A stretch of 62,140 nucleotides of DNA, filler included, from Choristocarpus tenellus KU-1152 (GCA_964200185.2; 14 parts of 14 records of this genome joined end to end with filler, not necessarily neighbours in it), one strand, 5' to 3'; positions 27,298 to 41,304 are shown, counted from the whole stretch's first letter. The notes: generated by a model not told the origin, from the sequence alone. Numbers and translations: made by a program.

Positions 27298-27354
<57 letters not shown>

Positions 27355-29211
27355 GCGATGCGGTTGAAGTCAAGAACCATTGGTGAGAAGAAAAAAAAAG
27401 CTCGGGGCGGATTACAGCCGAGCCCTGGGTTGAGGTGGAAGTTCAGGCTTTTGCACCTGTGCAGTTCATAAGCCTCTCATTAATTATTATTATTATTATT
27501 ATTTATAATATAAATATTATTATTATTATTATTTATAATATAAATATTATTATTATTATTATTTATAATATAAATATAAATATTATTATTATTATGTGTT
27601 CGTCCCTCGATGTAACTGTAAGGGCAATGTTTCCAAAACACACCTACAAGCAAATCAATCGTTGGTGTTTGGTTTTACTACTCAAAAGATTTTTGGTGGG
27701 CACCAATTGACTGTAAACCCCTTCCTCTCCCCTCCCCCCTCCCCCCCCAAAAAAATAAATAAATAAATCATGGTACTCAAGTAGGACTGAAACATGTATG
27801 TGCCCAGGGGCACAAACGAAGCGAGACGAAAAGCCCTCCCGGTTGGTGAGGGAAACCCAAAGGAGGCGTTTCTTTTGTTAGATACTCTCATGTTGCGCAC
27901 TCTTTTCGCACTACCGGATGTGCACTGTTTTTATCATGCCTGCGACAAGCCTTTTCAACTCATGTTTTTCTCGAAAGACCGAGGAAAAGCTGTCTGAATA
28001 TTTTGTTTTATCCCCTCCTCCTTCATTCTTGCCATTCTCCCCCCCTAATGGAGGCCACATCCACCGGATGGATGGGTCGACAATGTTTTCGCAATCTAGG
28101 TACTCAACTTCCGTATCCTCAGAGCACCAAGAGCGTGCTCATGGTCAAGGCGATTGATCTGTGAGTGTGAGGATGAGAGGCCTACAGCCCGCTCAAAGTC
28201 CAAGTCAGGGAGAGCAATCGACCAAATCGATTCTTCTTTTTCATTTGCGATGTTGATAATTGTTCTTAGATTAATTAAATGGCATTCGTAGCTTTGTTAT
28301 CAACGATCCGTATGATTCAAAATATGAACAGTCACCCTGGAAGAGGAATCCTTCCCCAACCCCTACAACCATTAGGGGGGAAGTTTCAAGCACTGGCAAT
28401 GATTACTGTGGACACTGATACCCAAGTCAGAAGACAAAGCACCTGATACCACATTTGTAGGACTGACCTTATTTAGGAAGCTACATCACATTTCAGGCAA
28501 GCACAAAATATTTGATTATTACTGTAAGGTTCAGCAGTCCGCCCAATTTATCTCTGCATCTAGCACATAGAAAATGTATACAGGACTAGGCATGCTGAGC
28601 CAAGCGGATTGGAACGTAGTGTTGCTTGTTTGCCACAGTGCCACAGCAAATAGGCCAACTCATACCAAATTCCACCATTCAATCCCCTCACACCACAAGC
28701 CAACCCAAGTTCCCATTTGAGGCAGGAGAAAGTCAGCAGAGCTCGCACAGTTTCTGGTAAGGGAGCAGCACTGCGAGAGATCTTTTGACTGTTTGTTTGT
28801 TGATAGCCTTTGCATTGTCAGTTTTGAGGAAACGTACTGGCGAATAGGCATCTAAGGGGAGAAAAACATGCTGAAAAGTGTGGTATCCACCGCCTTCCTC
28901 ATTTGTGATGTGTTTTGATGCGTGGATAATACTATCACAGGTAAATTCAGTACTACCTCAATCACCATTGAGATTGCCCTATACCTTTGTATTCCAAGTT
29001 GCACAATACATTTAGTGAAGGAATCCCTGGGAGGGGCACTTTCTCAAGAATATGGCTCAACAGAGCACCATGGTTGGAAGGTGTCGAGGGTTGTGTTTCC
29101 TGCCAGACTAAATGTGGAGGCAGCTCCTCTCGACTCAAGGTTCAAAACACAACATAAACACACAAGCCATATTGTACGTAGAGTATATGTACCTATGTAT
29201 ACGTAACCAAC

Positions 29212-30919
29212 CTGTGCCAACTGCCACCGTCGCACAGCATCCAAACGTCTCCTGACAGCCTTTAGCAACTCCTCCCTTGTACCATTAGCCTTCCCAACAC
29301 CAGCAAAGTGGTGCAATGTTGTCCCCCTATATTTGAGGTGGAATTATGGGGCGGGCTTGGAGCACAACAAAAGTGTACTACAGTTTTGACTGTACTCCAT
29401 TCTGGAGCATTGTGTGTGTGTGTGTGTGTGTGTGTCATGAAGGAAAGCAGGCCAATGATTACCAGTCAACTCGGGAACTAGTATGCCTTACAGATAGTAA
29501 GAGAATAAAGAGGGGATTACCTCATGTGGCATGCGGCAAGCCCGGTGGTTGCAGTGGCGTACACACCGACAACTCCTGCTGCTCGGAGAGACAGCAAGAT
29601 GTGATTGAGAACCAGTGATTTCCCTGTGCCAGCACAGCCTGCAAATGCAAGCACCCCGTCAATTCGCGCATTTCGTATTGTCGTTCAGGTTCAAGTGATA
29701 ATGAGCATTGTGTATTAGAGGTTCGATGTGGTACAGCAGGTCCAAACATGGGTAAATAGCTGGTGGCTAGTAAGTGGTAACACACAACGGCCATCCAATC
29801 TTCAAAGTATTGAAACCTTGACGTATGTTCGCATGCTTATGGGGAGAGCAGACATGCCCTGAGCCTGTTCTATCTGTGAAGGAAGGTCCGCCGTAGGCCA
29901 ACTTCAAGATGCTACATACTCTTTCTTACCTGTGAAGAAAACGCTCTTGCCTGCCACCACCATGTCCATAACCTGCCGCTGCTCTGTAGACAGAGGTATA
30001 TCGTTGGATTTTCCAGGGCTTGCGACCCGGGTGGTCTTTTTTGGTGGTGCACGACCAGAAGGGGAAGCATCGGAGGGAGAACCGACCTTTCGAACGCACT
30101 CTTGTCTGCTCCTCGCTTGTCCCCGTTGTGCCAGTTCGTTTGCCCTCCGCTCCCGAAGGGGGTGGAGGGCGATCGTGCCCTTCTTGGACGGAGTAGTAGG
30201 AGGAACAACTGTTCTTCTCGGACTTTGACCCATCAGAGTCCGGCAAAGTTCCGACAGAAGATTAGGATCCGCTCCTCGCAGCATAATCTATCAAGAGGAG
30301 ACGACCATCGAGAGAAATTCCAGGACATTAGTCTATGATGGAAAGGAAGAGCACGGCGCCTGAGTCATATCCTTGAATTAGAACAAGGATTGGACTACTG
30401 CGCAGAGGCTCCTCGCATGGTTACTGAGCTCACCTGGTGCCTCATCCCCACGGTGCACATGGTGAGCTTTCCCTCATGGATAAAGTTGCAATATAGCTTG
30501 CAGTCGGCCTTCCTGAAAGAGTATGTCTCCGACCCGGCGAGGCCTGTCAGTGTGATCGTTGCTCTGTGACCCCAACTCACCACATTGACCTGTGAGCTTT
30601 GTCGCTTGCTCTGGTGTATCAAATGTCCTAGACACCTACCGCTGGGAGATGACTTTCGCTCCTCAACTACCACATCACAGACAATGGATGATGCACGCGA
30701 CGCAACTTGAGTCTGAGCTTGTCCTCTCTCAGCTTCCGTTTGGCAGTTATTTGCAATGCGATGAGCTGGATCCGTAACTATTCCATCACTCCCTCCAGAC
30801 GTAGCACTCCTTATATTCAGAGGAACCCCTCGGTGACGCATTGTGCGATACAAAGTACAAGTGTACAAGGCAAGAGTATTACCAAGGTTTGCCGTTGGAA
30901 CATTATGGACTACTGACAT
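29212..30919 (-). CDS. PIF1: PIF1-family 5'-3' DNA helicase, 5' exons (3'-partial)
   Basis: First exon ending ~30434 (FIHEGKLT, PIF1 N-terminal domain-like), then 29930-30287 (LSTEQRQVMDMVVAGKSVFFT), 29521-29638 (GCAGTGKS Walker A; ATATTGLAACH) and 29212-29326 (GTTLHHFAGVG...AVRRWQ). Phases are consistent. The start codon is uncertain. Confidence 0.92.
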
Positions 30920-31297
30920 TGTTTTATTGGAGTGAGGAGTGCACTGGCTCTATATATTGTGCAGTCGATCTTTGATCTTGGATACATGATTTAACCCAAG
31001 TAATAAGAACATGGAATATAGAGTGTTAGTAAGATATAGAATAATAATATTGAATTTCGATGTTGAGAATATTTAGTTGAGAATACTTACTTGACGGAGT
31101 ATTATAATATAATAATGTATCTCTCCTCTTAGAAACCCACCAAGAAGTATAGGTACAGATGCCCGTAAGTGCGGGAGCCTAGGCCTCTCCTCTATGAAAC
31201 ATCGCCAACACGGAGCATTCGTAGGATCACTAGTGGCCACTCTCCCCACCCTCCTAGCAAGGCAGCAAGGGTCTCATGGCGAGTCCTTCTCACAAGG

Positions 31298-31470
31298 TGT
31301 TTGTGAGAGATCCACAGTTGTTACAGGCGAATAGCGCGAGCGTTTTTCCCTGTATTTCAACAAAGTTTGAGCATTTGTTACACACGAATAGCGCGAGCAT
31401 TTTCTCCTCATGTTTTAGGAAATACGAACATTTGCAACAGACATACAGTGTGAAGATTGTTTCTCGAGTT
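31298..31470 (+). repeat. 57-bp tandem repeat, 3 copies
   Basis: gttaca(gg/ca)cgaatagcgcgagc at 31320 and 31377, with a degenerate third unit at 31434. Confidence 0.75.
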
Positions 31471-31677
31471 CTGACAAGTGCAAACGATATACGATATTAG
31501 TAACACATAGGTTAACCTTACAGAATAAGTGATTATTTTAAGGAGATGCAAAGTAAGATTCGGAATACCTACGTAACNNNNNNNNNNNNNNNNNNNNNNN
31601 NNNNNNNNNNNNNNNNNNNNNTTAATTAATTAANNNNNNNNNNNNNNNNNNNNNNNNNNNNNNNNNNNNNNNNNNNN

Positions 31678-31990
31678 CATTAGATTTTGACCCCCAAATG
31701 GACGCGGCTCTACCCTCTAAGATACTTTGGCTCATCTTAGAGGGTACGACTTCTCCCCTGTTTGTCCATTTGGAGCTCGGCTTCCCATGGGGTTTTTTTA
31801 TGACATGTTCCTACTCCAAAATGTTTCGTAGTAGGTGAAATGTGTATGTTATGAAAAATTGTGTCCGAAACATAGATACCGGCCCTTCCTAACAAAAGGC
31901 GATAGAGCCAAAATTACATCCAAATCGCAATATTAGATTTTTGCCCCCAAGTGGACGCAACTCTACCCTAACCCTAAGATACTTCGACTC
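31678..31990 (+). mobile_element. Two abutting MITE family A copies (3' end 31678-31733; near-complete copy 31734-31990)
   Basis: The TIR taccctctaagatactttggctc runs directly into atcttagagggtac of a second copy, which ends taagatacttcgactc. Confidence 0.88.
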
Positions 31991-32699
31991 AACTAATCCA
32001 AAAAACCAACGTCCCCTGTGAAACGCCTAGGTGTGGTGGGTTCAGCGCACTCGCTACAACTTCCGAGTTCAGATGCGCAAGCCCTTCACTGTGACATCGC
32101 CTACATGCACCTTTGATATAACAAACGATCGGTACCTTCCCTACGCAATGCTGGACAGTGACAACAACCCAAGGGATTACTACGAAGTATAGTCACTTGT
32201 GAGCTGCAGTGGCGGCATTCTTTATTATCGCATGAAAGTGGAGTGGGACAGGATGGGACAGGGTGGATATTTTCAGTGGCGTGATCGATTGGATGTGAAC
32301 TCTTTAGGCCAGCACACAAGTGCTTCTCTTACTCTGTTATGAGGGGCCCAGCAGCGGTCTGTTTGACTCAGCGAGTTTGAGCTCGGTCACTCCATGATTG
32401 ATTGGGAGGTACTTTTTGGCTGCCATGGTGGTGGTGGTGGTGGCGGCGGTGTTTGGATTATTTTTTTGTTCAAGCGTTTTTCTTTTGTCAAGTTTGGTTC
32501 GATGCATTCTCTCGAAGTATCTTTATTTCTTAACAAAGACGTTTTATGTCACACATTTAACCATAGGCCATTCTTTTACTGCAGTTGTTAACTCTTTGTC
32601 CGTATTGATCCACAAGTTGACACCACTCTACTACCTTGAGGGAACGTAGGAAGTAGATTGGGCGATGCAGATAGTTTAGTCCGGTCAGTATAGTAGTAG

Positions 32700-33770
32700 G
32701 TTTGCCCTTGAGACACCTCACTCGCCTTGCAACAAAGTAGTGTGTTATTGTCCAGTAGCGAAGGAATTGGACTCCACTCTCAGTCTCAACGCTGCATGGA
32801 CGATGTCGATATTTCGTTTTGGAGCTGTCCTAATGCAGAGCAACGGCACTGCAGGAGTGTTATCGTTGAAGTCTGCAGGAAGCAATGAAGTGTTCTGTAT
32901 CCAGTACCTACTCAATTCGTGCATCTCCATAGCAAGACTATGCGTATCCATACCCTCTTTTCCCTTGAAGTGCATCAGTGTATGTCTTGGCATCATCTTG
33001 GAGTGACCTCAATAAGAAGCAGAATGTGGAGGATTGGCCTGCAGAACAAGGAGACATTGTGGGATGACACAAGGAGCACCACAAGGGTCAGTGGTTGACG
33101 GAAAGGCCCAGCACAATGGCAGCAGCTACAAGGAAGCTATGACTGCAGCCGTGGTGACAATGGCATTAGGAGGGGAGGGGCAGATGGCTCTCCAATACTC
33201 GTACATTATTACTTACATATATTGCATCCTTGGACACTTTCAATATCTTCGTTCTTCAAGACATGACCAACAGGATGGCCCAGAGGCTGACAAGGGAAAG
33301 GCTTGTGGTGGAAGATATTTGGAAATTTTGTTGTCCTCCAAGATCGCTCCAACTGTAGCATTGGTGAACATGGTTAAAGGCATCTGGGTTAATGAAAAGG
33401 CCAAGTATGAGCAGCAGTTGCTCTTGATTATGCTTCAATGCCTCTCTTCATGGGTCCATCTCACCTGGTTTCACCAAAGTTAGGTTGGCATGCTCTAAAT
33501 GGAACAGCCATTTCAAAGACACGGTAGGAAGTGAGATTGGTAAGGGTAGAGCTGGGTAGCCTGGGATTCGATGACAGTAGATCCATCACTGGAGGTTCCA
33601 GTTCTATCGCGTTTGACTACGAGGCCCAAATGAATGGGAGAGGTGATCGGTGGAGAAAACAAGGTGGTGGCCATCCTCAACAAGCTGAGAGATAACCTAA
33701 CCCCATCAATTTCAGCCGCGTAGTCAAACGAGAAAGTTCTGTAAGCTCTGGTGATGGGCTCCAAAATCTC
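32700..33770 (-). pseudogene. Degenerate Ty1/copia RT-RNase H remnant
   Basis: Broken frames give HLGLVVKRDR, NPDAFNHVHQC (cf. TRPDIAFAVHQC), SKMMPRHTL...EMHEL and DNTPAV...KRNIDIVHAALRLRVE (cf. DNxxA...KHIDIxxHxxRxxV), in copia order. Confidence 0.6.
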
Positions 33771-36103
33771 TGTGTTGCACCTCAGTTTGAACGATGAATT
33801 GACATTCTTTGTTCAATGTTTTGTTTACATGCTCACAGTCAGGTGAGAGCTGTGACATAGTTGGGGAGGTAACCTGTCATTTTCAGACTTAGGATTGGGT
33901 TTAGAAGGCAGGAAGATTTTATTTAGTTCTTAGTAGGACAGGCAGTTTGTGGGGAAGTAAACTCAATCATTGTGCTTTGTCCCAGATACTCGCATTTTGC
34001 ATAATACCAACCTATTTTCATTTATAGAGTAGAAGCAATATTGGGTGTCGTCAAGGATTCACAAGAGAAAGGACCCAAGAATATTTCAACGAGGATTTCA
34101 ACCGAATGGATGGTATAGCTGATTTCTAAGGATACATGTAGACTCAACGCCAACTATAGTTCTGGTTGGCAGTAGGGCAGTGAAGGTACCTTTTCAGAGC
34201 AGAAGCACTACCCCAAGATTTCTTGTTTTTGATTGAAGAATGACATTCAGCACTGTGTGGTAGTGTTCACGCAGCTGATAGACTATAGACACCACTGGGG
34301 GAGGAGGAAATGGGAGGTACAGCCATCGATGGATGTAATGGATTGATTTATTGTTTGTATTTATGTACCTGATTTTTGGTATCACGTACCAGGTGTGTTT
34401 GTTGTTCCACGGCCCGTTATTAGTGATCTGTTCTACTGAGTACAGTCTCCAGTCACATAGAAGACAAACAAGCAAGTTACCCATTGATTGTTAATGTGGA
34501 CAATAACAATATCCTCAAGAGAGATAGGACAGGGGGTGTCTCGCCGCACCTATTCAGTCAGTGGGATCACGGTCAAACCAACCTCTGATACTCTATACAA
34601 TACTCACATATCCACACCAAGTCTAAATATCCTGTACCAGCTCATCAAATTCACCGCAGATCCAAAGGGGATTTTTATCATCTCCTTCACTTCTCTCATT
34701 CTACTCTGGTACGAGTTGTGAAATGTGATACCCTCGGGTACCTTGATGGTTTTTCTTGGCACTTGCATGTCAAAGTATTGGGAGTTACCTTTGTAGTTAT
34801 CCACCTCACTAGCCAGGCCCTCCTACGTTTATTCGACCCTGCAGAGGGCTGGCTTCATCAAAGCAATGGGGATATCTGACTCACCCCACCCCCAGATCAT
34901 GTTTTTCACAAAAAAGAAAGGCGTGCAAGTCTTGGAGACTCGTCTTTACTGTGGAGCAATGATTGCCCAACATGCATTGGGTGTCTGGGGCTGTTAGATA
35001 CTCCTAACCTCAACCCTAAATATATCTACAAAGTTAATCCAAAGCACATATCAAAGTGTCTTGGATGGCGGTTTCACATATGCTGGAGCCGTGCGATCCT
35101 CTGCACAAGGTCAGGATCTTGAGGGGGGGTGCCCCCACTCCAGGCAAAATCCCCAATAATGCACCTGTACAGGCGTTTCACCAAGATGATCGGTTGGTGG
35201 ATGAAACCGCCAGACAAGGATAGGAAACAGACAGGACTGAATCAAGGACAGGTGTAGCACGTTTTGCAGGGCTTAGGGTTCACTCTTCATCACCGTGACC
35301 TTGGAGCACATTTCTCATGCGTCACACACACAACCACAGTACATTCGGTCAAAAAAATATATACCAAAAAAATAATGATACTCTATCTGTCCGAGATTTC
35401 AGGAGCTGACTGCTTCGAACCTTGACTACCTGCTGCTGACCTTCAGTCATACCTGCCAGTGTTGGTCGCAATATTGTGACAAGACATATTGTTCTTCAAG
35501 AGTATCAATATTTCTGCTGAACTATGGAGTAGTGGGCATGGTAGGCAACGTTGAGCATACTCTATGGGTTACCTCATGTCTGCAAAAGTGGACAAGGCCT
35601 ACTGGTGCACCCTTGCCTACGGGGCTAGTGGACAAGAAATATGCCCGGCAAGCCAACAACGGACGTTTTTCTTTCCATACTGTTTGCTGACAGCGACATG
35701 GTCTCCAAGGGACTGTCACGAAGTTGTGATTGCCTCACATTTCCCCAAAAATCAATTGACTGAATACCACATCTTCATCCATCCACCGAAATCATTTGAA
35801 TGTTTCGATTCCCCCAGGGTGTAGAGTTCTCAGGTGGAAAAAAAGTGAAGGTGTGTCTTGACAAACTGTCATTCCACGGTATGATTTCTTTAAAGGGGGA
35901 AGAACTTGCATGGTGATTTGTAGAGTACTTTCTGATTTGGTGCACTCCTGTATTATAGCCCCTTGATGCAGCTTTCGTCATACCCACAACTCAACGAGAT
36001 TGCTTCCCATTCATGGGTAAGCATACCCTTAGTGTTGTTTATGTCATATCCAACTGCAGAAATGACGCAGCCCAAACAAAACTTGACAAGAGCTGAGATA
36101 TAT

Positions 36104-36356
36104 GAGTGAAAGTAACTTAAGGGGTACGAGTTTTGCCCTGTTTGTCCATTTGTCGCTTGACTTCACATGTTTTTTTTAATGACATTTTCCTCCCTCAAAA
36201 TGTTTCGGGGTAGGTAAAAAGTATACGTTATAAAAAGGTGTGCCTGGAACAAGGATATTGAGACTTCTTAACAAACACGATGGCCAAAATTACATCAAAA
36301 TCGCAACATTGGATTTTGACCCCCAAATGGACGCGGCCATACCCATACTTTGACGC
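36104..36356 (+). mobile_element. MITE family A copy
   Basis: gagtgaaagtaacttaaggggtac…ccccaaatggacgcgg…atactttgacgc. Confidence 0.85.
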
Positions 36357-36494
36357 AATCTTTTGCATAGAGTTAACAGAGTCCCCAGGAAATGTCTACA
36401 GTCAAATGACTCCATTGCCTGGGACAGTCATGAGACTGTTGCTTGTACACAGCCTCTCAATAAAGGCCTTGCTCTGATATTCCAGTTGGGATTT

Positions 36495-36751
36495 GAGTCA
36501 AAGTATCTTAGAGGGTAGGACCGTGTCCATTTGGGGACCATAATCCGATGTTGCGATTTTGATGAAATTTTAGCTATTGTACTTGTTAGGAAGTATCAAT
36601 ATCCTTCTTCCAGACACACGTTTTCATAACGTATACATTTTTCCTACTTTGAAACATTTTGGAACAGGAGAATGTCATAAAAAACAACATGGTAAGCCAA
36701 GCCAAATGGACAAACAGAGCAAAACAGGTACCCTCTAAGATACTTTCACTT
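36495..36751 (-). mobile_element. MITE family A copy (inverted relative to the 36104 copy)
   Basis: gagtcaaagtatcttagagggta…taccctctaagatactttcact. Confidence 0.88.
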
Positions 36752-37241
36752 TTTGGGGTCGAAAAACGACGAACTGCTCAGCCAGGGAAGAGAGACCTTT
36801 TGACAATGTAGTGGAACATGCATTAGGACTAACCCCAACCCCAACATCTTGTTTTTTTCGGCCCATTAAGACTCAATTGCACACAATTTCCTATGCATAC
36901 TGCAGCGGATGCAAAGAGGTTCTGAAGGTGACCGGAACTGGAGAACATTGCTCGAACTGCCCCCTCAGCTGCCCAACCACAGCCATAGGGTTGGACACGA
37001 GAGGTATTTCTTGCTTATGAGAAAAAAAAAAACTCAGCTCTCTCTCTCTCTAAACAGTGTGTGTACATCATTTTCACAATGGTTTCTCCACCCATATTTT
37101 TTCAAATGCATGCATTCATGGATACTTACATATCTGNNNNNNNNNNNNNNNNNNNNNNNNNNNNNNNNNNNNNNNNNNNNTTAATTAATTAANNNNNNNN
37201 NNNNNNNNNNNNNNNNNNNNNNNNNNNNNNNNNNNNTCATA

Positions 37242-37429
37242 GGCTCAAAGTATCTGGGGGGAGGAGGGGGGGGTCCACACCAGGGGTGTCCATTCGGGCC
37301 CTGCCCAAGAAAAGTGCACTTATATCATCCATCCAACGCATGCAACCCAAATCACCCAATAATTGCTACATGAAAAAATGGGCCCCGAATGGACAGCCGT
37401 CACCCCCCCCCCCCCAGATACTTTGAGGC
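37242..37429 (-). mobile_element. MITE family B copy
   Basis: ggctcaaagtatctggggg…cccccagatactttgagg. Confidence 0.85.
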
Positions 37430-39682
37430 ATACACCAACCACCAAGAGAGGAAGCCTGATGCTGCTCTAGAATGTACTCCGTACGTGCATATGTTTCATT
37501 GTTATCGCCTCATCTTACGCACACAACACAGAAAGCGCTACCAGAAACGCACAATGTACTTGGGATTCAGATGTGTTGTGTGAAAGAGTAGTAGGAACAG
37601 TGATCTTCGTCTGGCTAGGGTTCCATAACGGCTGCTTCAATGCGCATTAATGCCTGGGTTGTTGCTGTTGCCTCGAGGAAGGTACAGTAAATAATAACAT
37701 ACAAATCATCATACAAGGTCATATGGTGTTCCACACTCAGTGACTGGCCAACGGTGCTCCTGTTGGGCTCCTCATGAGACATCCCATGTTTGACAGGGGT
37801 GTACTTTGCTTTTTAAATGTTCTATCTCACACCCCGTTCCAACAACTGAACTACAGCTGACTTCCTTAGGAGGTTGCGACTGCGGAAGAGAAGACGATCG
37901 TTCGCCCCCTCAAAAAGCGCAAGAGCTAGAAGTGCATATATGTAAGTATATCAGAAGGCAGTCACAAGGAATCCAAGTACTCAACAGCGCCTCACTCAAA
38001 GATAGGATGATGATTGTCACGAGAAACCACCCTATCACACATGCACAAAATCACTCAAATCTCGAGCCTCATGACCTGTGAAGGTATAAATGATCTATCG
38101 CCACAACATAATATGTTATCACCAATGATTTACAACCGATCTATGGCATTGTTGTTTCTATTTGTCGCAATTGGTGTATAACGTCATCACCTCAACAACC
38201 AACTAAATCAAACTCCCCCTGTTTCGACAGAATATACAAACATGAAATGGATAGGATGGTATGCCCCACCATGGGCCAATGGAGGTGTGGGAAGATAGGA
38301 TATGTTTGTAGATACTATCATCAACCTCTCTTTAGTATTTGGTGTAAAAAAAATTACCAGAACCGAAGAACTATCCCCTTCCCCACAACCTCAAGGAAGA
38401 CAATTTCCTTGGGTACCAAGGACCTATCTACATGCACTATGCTTTGCCAAACCTCTTCCTTCTTGAGGACGTTTTGGTAGAGGTAACCAGTTATATTACT
38501 CCTGGAGTATTAGTCTTGTGTGAAATGGGTACAATTGAAGGACGATTGTCCAGCCAGAACTTGCTATGATATTGACCGAATGTTAATCTTCCCGTCCAAT
38601 CAAGTTCCATCCCCCAAGACTTGGGGGCGTGCTTTCGCAGTCGAAAACGTAAACTTTGGCACGTTTGACTTGCTAGTGTCGTGATGAGGAATTGATGGTG
38701 CGTCCCCAGGGATATGGTACCCCAGAAGGAGATATGGCTCGTTTTAAAACACTGCCAAATTGAAGTGAAGTTGCGTAAGACCAATAACACTACACGTGGA
38801 CCGATGCGCGAGCCATGCACACCAAAACCGACTTGTATATTCTGACCACATTTCATCTACTCCTCCACCCATGTTACCAGATCACGAGGAAACGATATCA
38901 GCAGAAGACCTTTCAACACGTTGGCAGGCGTTCAAATATATGATGGTACTTGAGATATCGCGACTCATGCGTGGAATTTCGTATGTCGTATCTTTATTTT
39001 GGTATACTCACTGGCATTTTGCAGAGTTAGTGTTCGCAAAATTGGCACTCCCCTTTCCCACACAAACAATTACACCACAATTCACCAAGGTCTCATTCCC
39101 CAATTACACAAAATCTCATATTCTTGCCATTTCTGGGGATCCTAAAAATGCACCATGGTATAAGTACGTCATAGATACAAAATGTTGAATGAATTTGACA
39201 TCTGACAGTGTTTTCCACGGTAATTCTTTGTCAAAGAATGAACATACAGCCCATCATGAATCACAATATTATAATATTACATTTAGCTCTCTCCCCACTT
39301 CCAAACGGGAATGTTGTGTCTGCCCTGCCTAGTAGTTTACCCCCATATGGCCTGGCATTGTTCTTCATTTATCCTGGGTTGTGTTTGTTTTCTTTGCTCA
39401 GTACTACTGTAAACAAACCTGGCAGATGGAATTATGTGATTGATTTCTACTTCGAAGTGATCGATTTGTCTTGCCTCTAAATCACCGGTCTCCATATGAT
39501 TTATTTGTCTGGAAAAACTAGAATAACTCTTGTACGAACGAGTTGCGGACCTCAGAAAACTACTGTTTTAATCGTGTAACTGTTTTTTCGTCGGCACACA
39601 TTTGATATCATACAACGGATATGTTTTCCAACATGACGACAATGTACAAAATATTTTGTTATCTACAAACAAATGAACAGCT

Positions 39683-39861
39683 GACTCTAAGTATCTCTCT
39701 GTGTGTGTGGTGGCTGTCCATTCCGGGACCAATTTTCCATGCCGCTATTTTTGTGTGATATGGTTGCATGCATCGGATGGTTAATGAAAGTGCACTTTTC
39801 CTGGTTAGGACCCGAATGCACAACCTGGTGTAGACGCCCCCCCCCCCAGATACTTCGAGCC
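39683..39861 (+). mobile_element. MITE family B copy
   Basis: gactctaagtatct…ggtggctgtccatt…cctggtgtagac…cccagatacttcgagcc. Confidence 0.8.
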
Positions 39862-40145
39862 ACTCTCCAACGGAAAATTCATACAATAGTAAGCCATNNN
39901 NNNNNNNNNNNNNNNNNNNNNNNNNNNNNNNNNNNNNNNNNTTAATTAATTAANNNNNNNNNNNNNNNNNNNNNNNNNNNNNNNNNNNNNNNNNNNNACA
40001 TAGCAAGGGAAACTCGACAACAACTTCGTATATCAGAATAGTCATCAGGCGATCACGGAACAACGAAAACACTACATTACTTCGGTGCTTAGTTGATCAG
40101 AACGGTCAGGCGATTATGGAACAATGAAAACAGTCCAACACCCAC

Positions 40146-40584
40146 CGTTGGCAATTAGCCTCTCTTCCGTTTGCTCGAACTCCATGTAGATTCGCATGGT
40201 GAAATCGTGCTCGGGATCAAACACTTTCTTCAGGACCGTTACTCTATGGTTTCCGTCCAATACACGCCCTTCAATGGAAAGCGCAGTTTCGGCGTTTAGC
40301 TCATCCATATTACCTAAACTTTCTCGCTGGATGACAGCACTTGGAGCAAACTGATCCAGCCAGCCTTTCTTCTTTATAGACTTATGAACGCACGCAAGGC
40401 CATGCTCGCTTAAAGGACGCACCATATCTGTGCATTTGACATGTCCTAGTTTCATCTTGTATGACCCCAGATAATGTTCATCTAATAGCTGGGACATGCC
40501 AATAGGGGGTAGGTCCCGCATTCTGGATTCCAAACTTTTCCGATCGGCGGGCGAGTGGGTTGTTGTTCTTGGAATGTTCGACAT
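40146..40584 (-). CDS. ParB/Sulfiredoxin-fold (DGxHR) domain protein, first exon
   Basis: Stop-free frame from GCC-ATG (40584) to a G|GTGGGT donor. VRPLSEHGLACVHKSIKKKGW and RVLDGNHRVTVL match the ParB N-terminal box I/II pattern (xxxSIxxxG...DGxHR). Confidence 0.72.
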
Positions 40585-41304
40585 GGCAAAGATTGGGAGG
40601 GTGTGATGGGGATGGATAAGTAAGAGGTCTGCGTGGCATCGACGGAAGGGAATGAATTGAAAGGAGGACTGAGGGATGGGAGGTGCTGTTTTATGTTTTC
40701 TGACCTTTCGATCCTCAAAACTCAGATTGTACATTTTTTATGAGAATTGCGTTACAAAAATACGAATATCAAACAGCATAGGATTTCATATTGAACTGGG
40801 ACACAGGGTGTCTGTATTTTCGTGACCTTTTCGTTTCGTACGTTTCGAACGTATTAGATCCATGAAGGATGTGTTTTGTATCTGTATTTGTTGGTGTAAA
40901 GATTAGAATATCATTCTACTTTTGGAAAAACCCTAATGCACGTGTTCTGAGTGTTCAACGGTAATAATGTTTACGAGTAACCAGGAATAAGATAAGATCC
41001 GCTTTTTTATGTTATCTAGTGTTTATTTAAACCCTAAAGACGCCAAAATGTGGTTTTAGGGTTTATTTAAATAGTGGGTACCAGTTGGAAGGACTTCTTT
41101 TCTGAAAGTTGGAAACGTGTGAGACCCCTAATGTGCGTTCTTGATATTTAAAAAAAACTAAGCACGGTTTTCAGTGGATTTAGTATTTGTTAAAACCCTA
41201 ACGCACGTGTAAAGTGGCCTAACCCTTAAAACTGGTTTGTGGCAACCACCTTTTCGTAAAGAGTCACATATTATCGACTTGTACGTTTATGACAAAAGCT
41301 ATGT

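Noticed and set aside
1530-30919. LIG4, PIF1 and the ParB-like gene as a DNA-repair cluster, or PIF1 as a Helitron helicase
   Set aside because: They lie on different contigs joined artificially. PIF1 has a host-type N-terminal domain and no HUH Rep domain.
32025-32085. A-box/B-box-like sequence suggesting a tRNA or tRNA-derived SINE
   Set aside because: No cloverleaf can be folded, the B-box is poor and no second copy was seen.
38220-39000. Protein-like broken frames (e.g. NYPLPHNLKEDNFLGYQGPIYMHY)
   Set aside because: Probably a decayed gene or TE relic, but no diagnostic motif supports a call.
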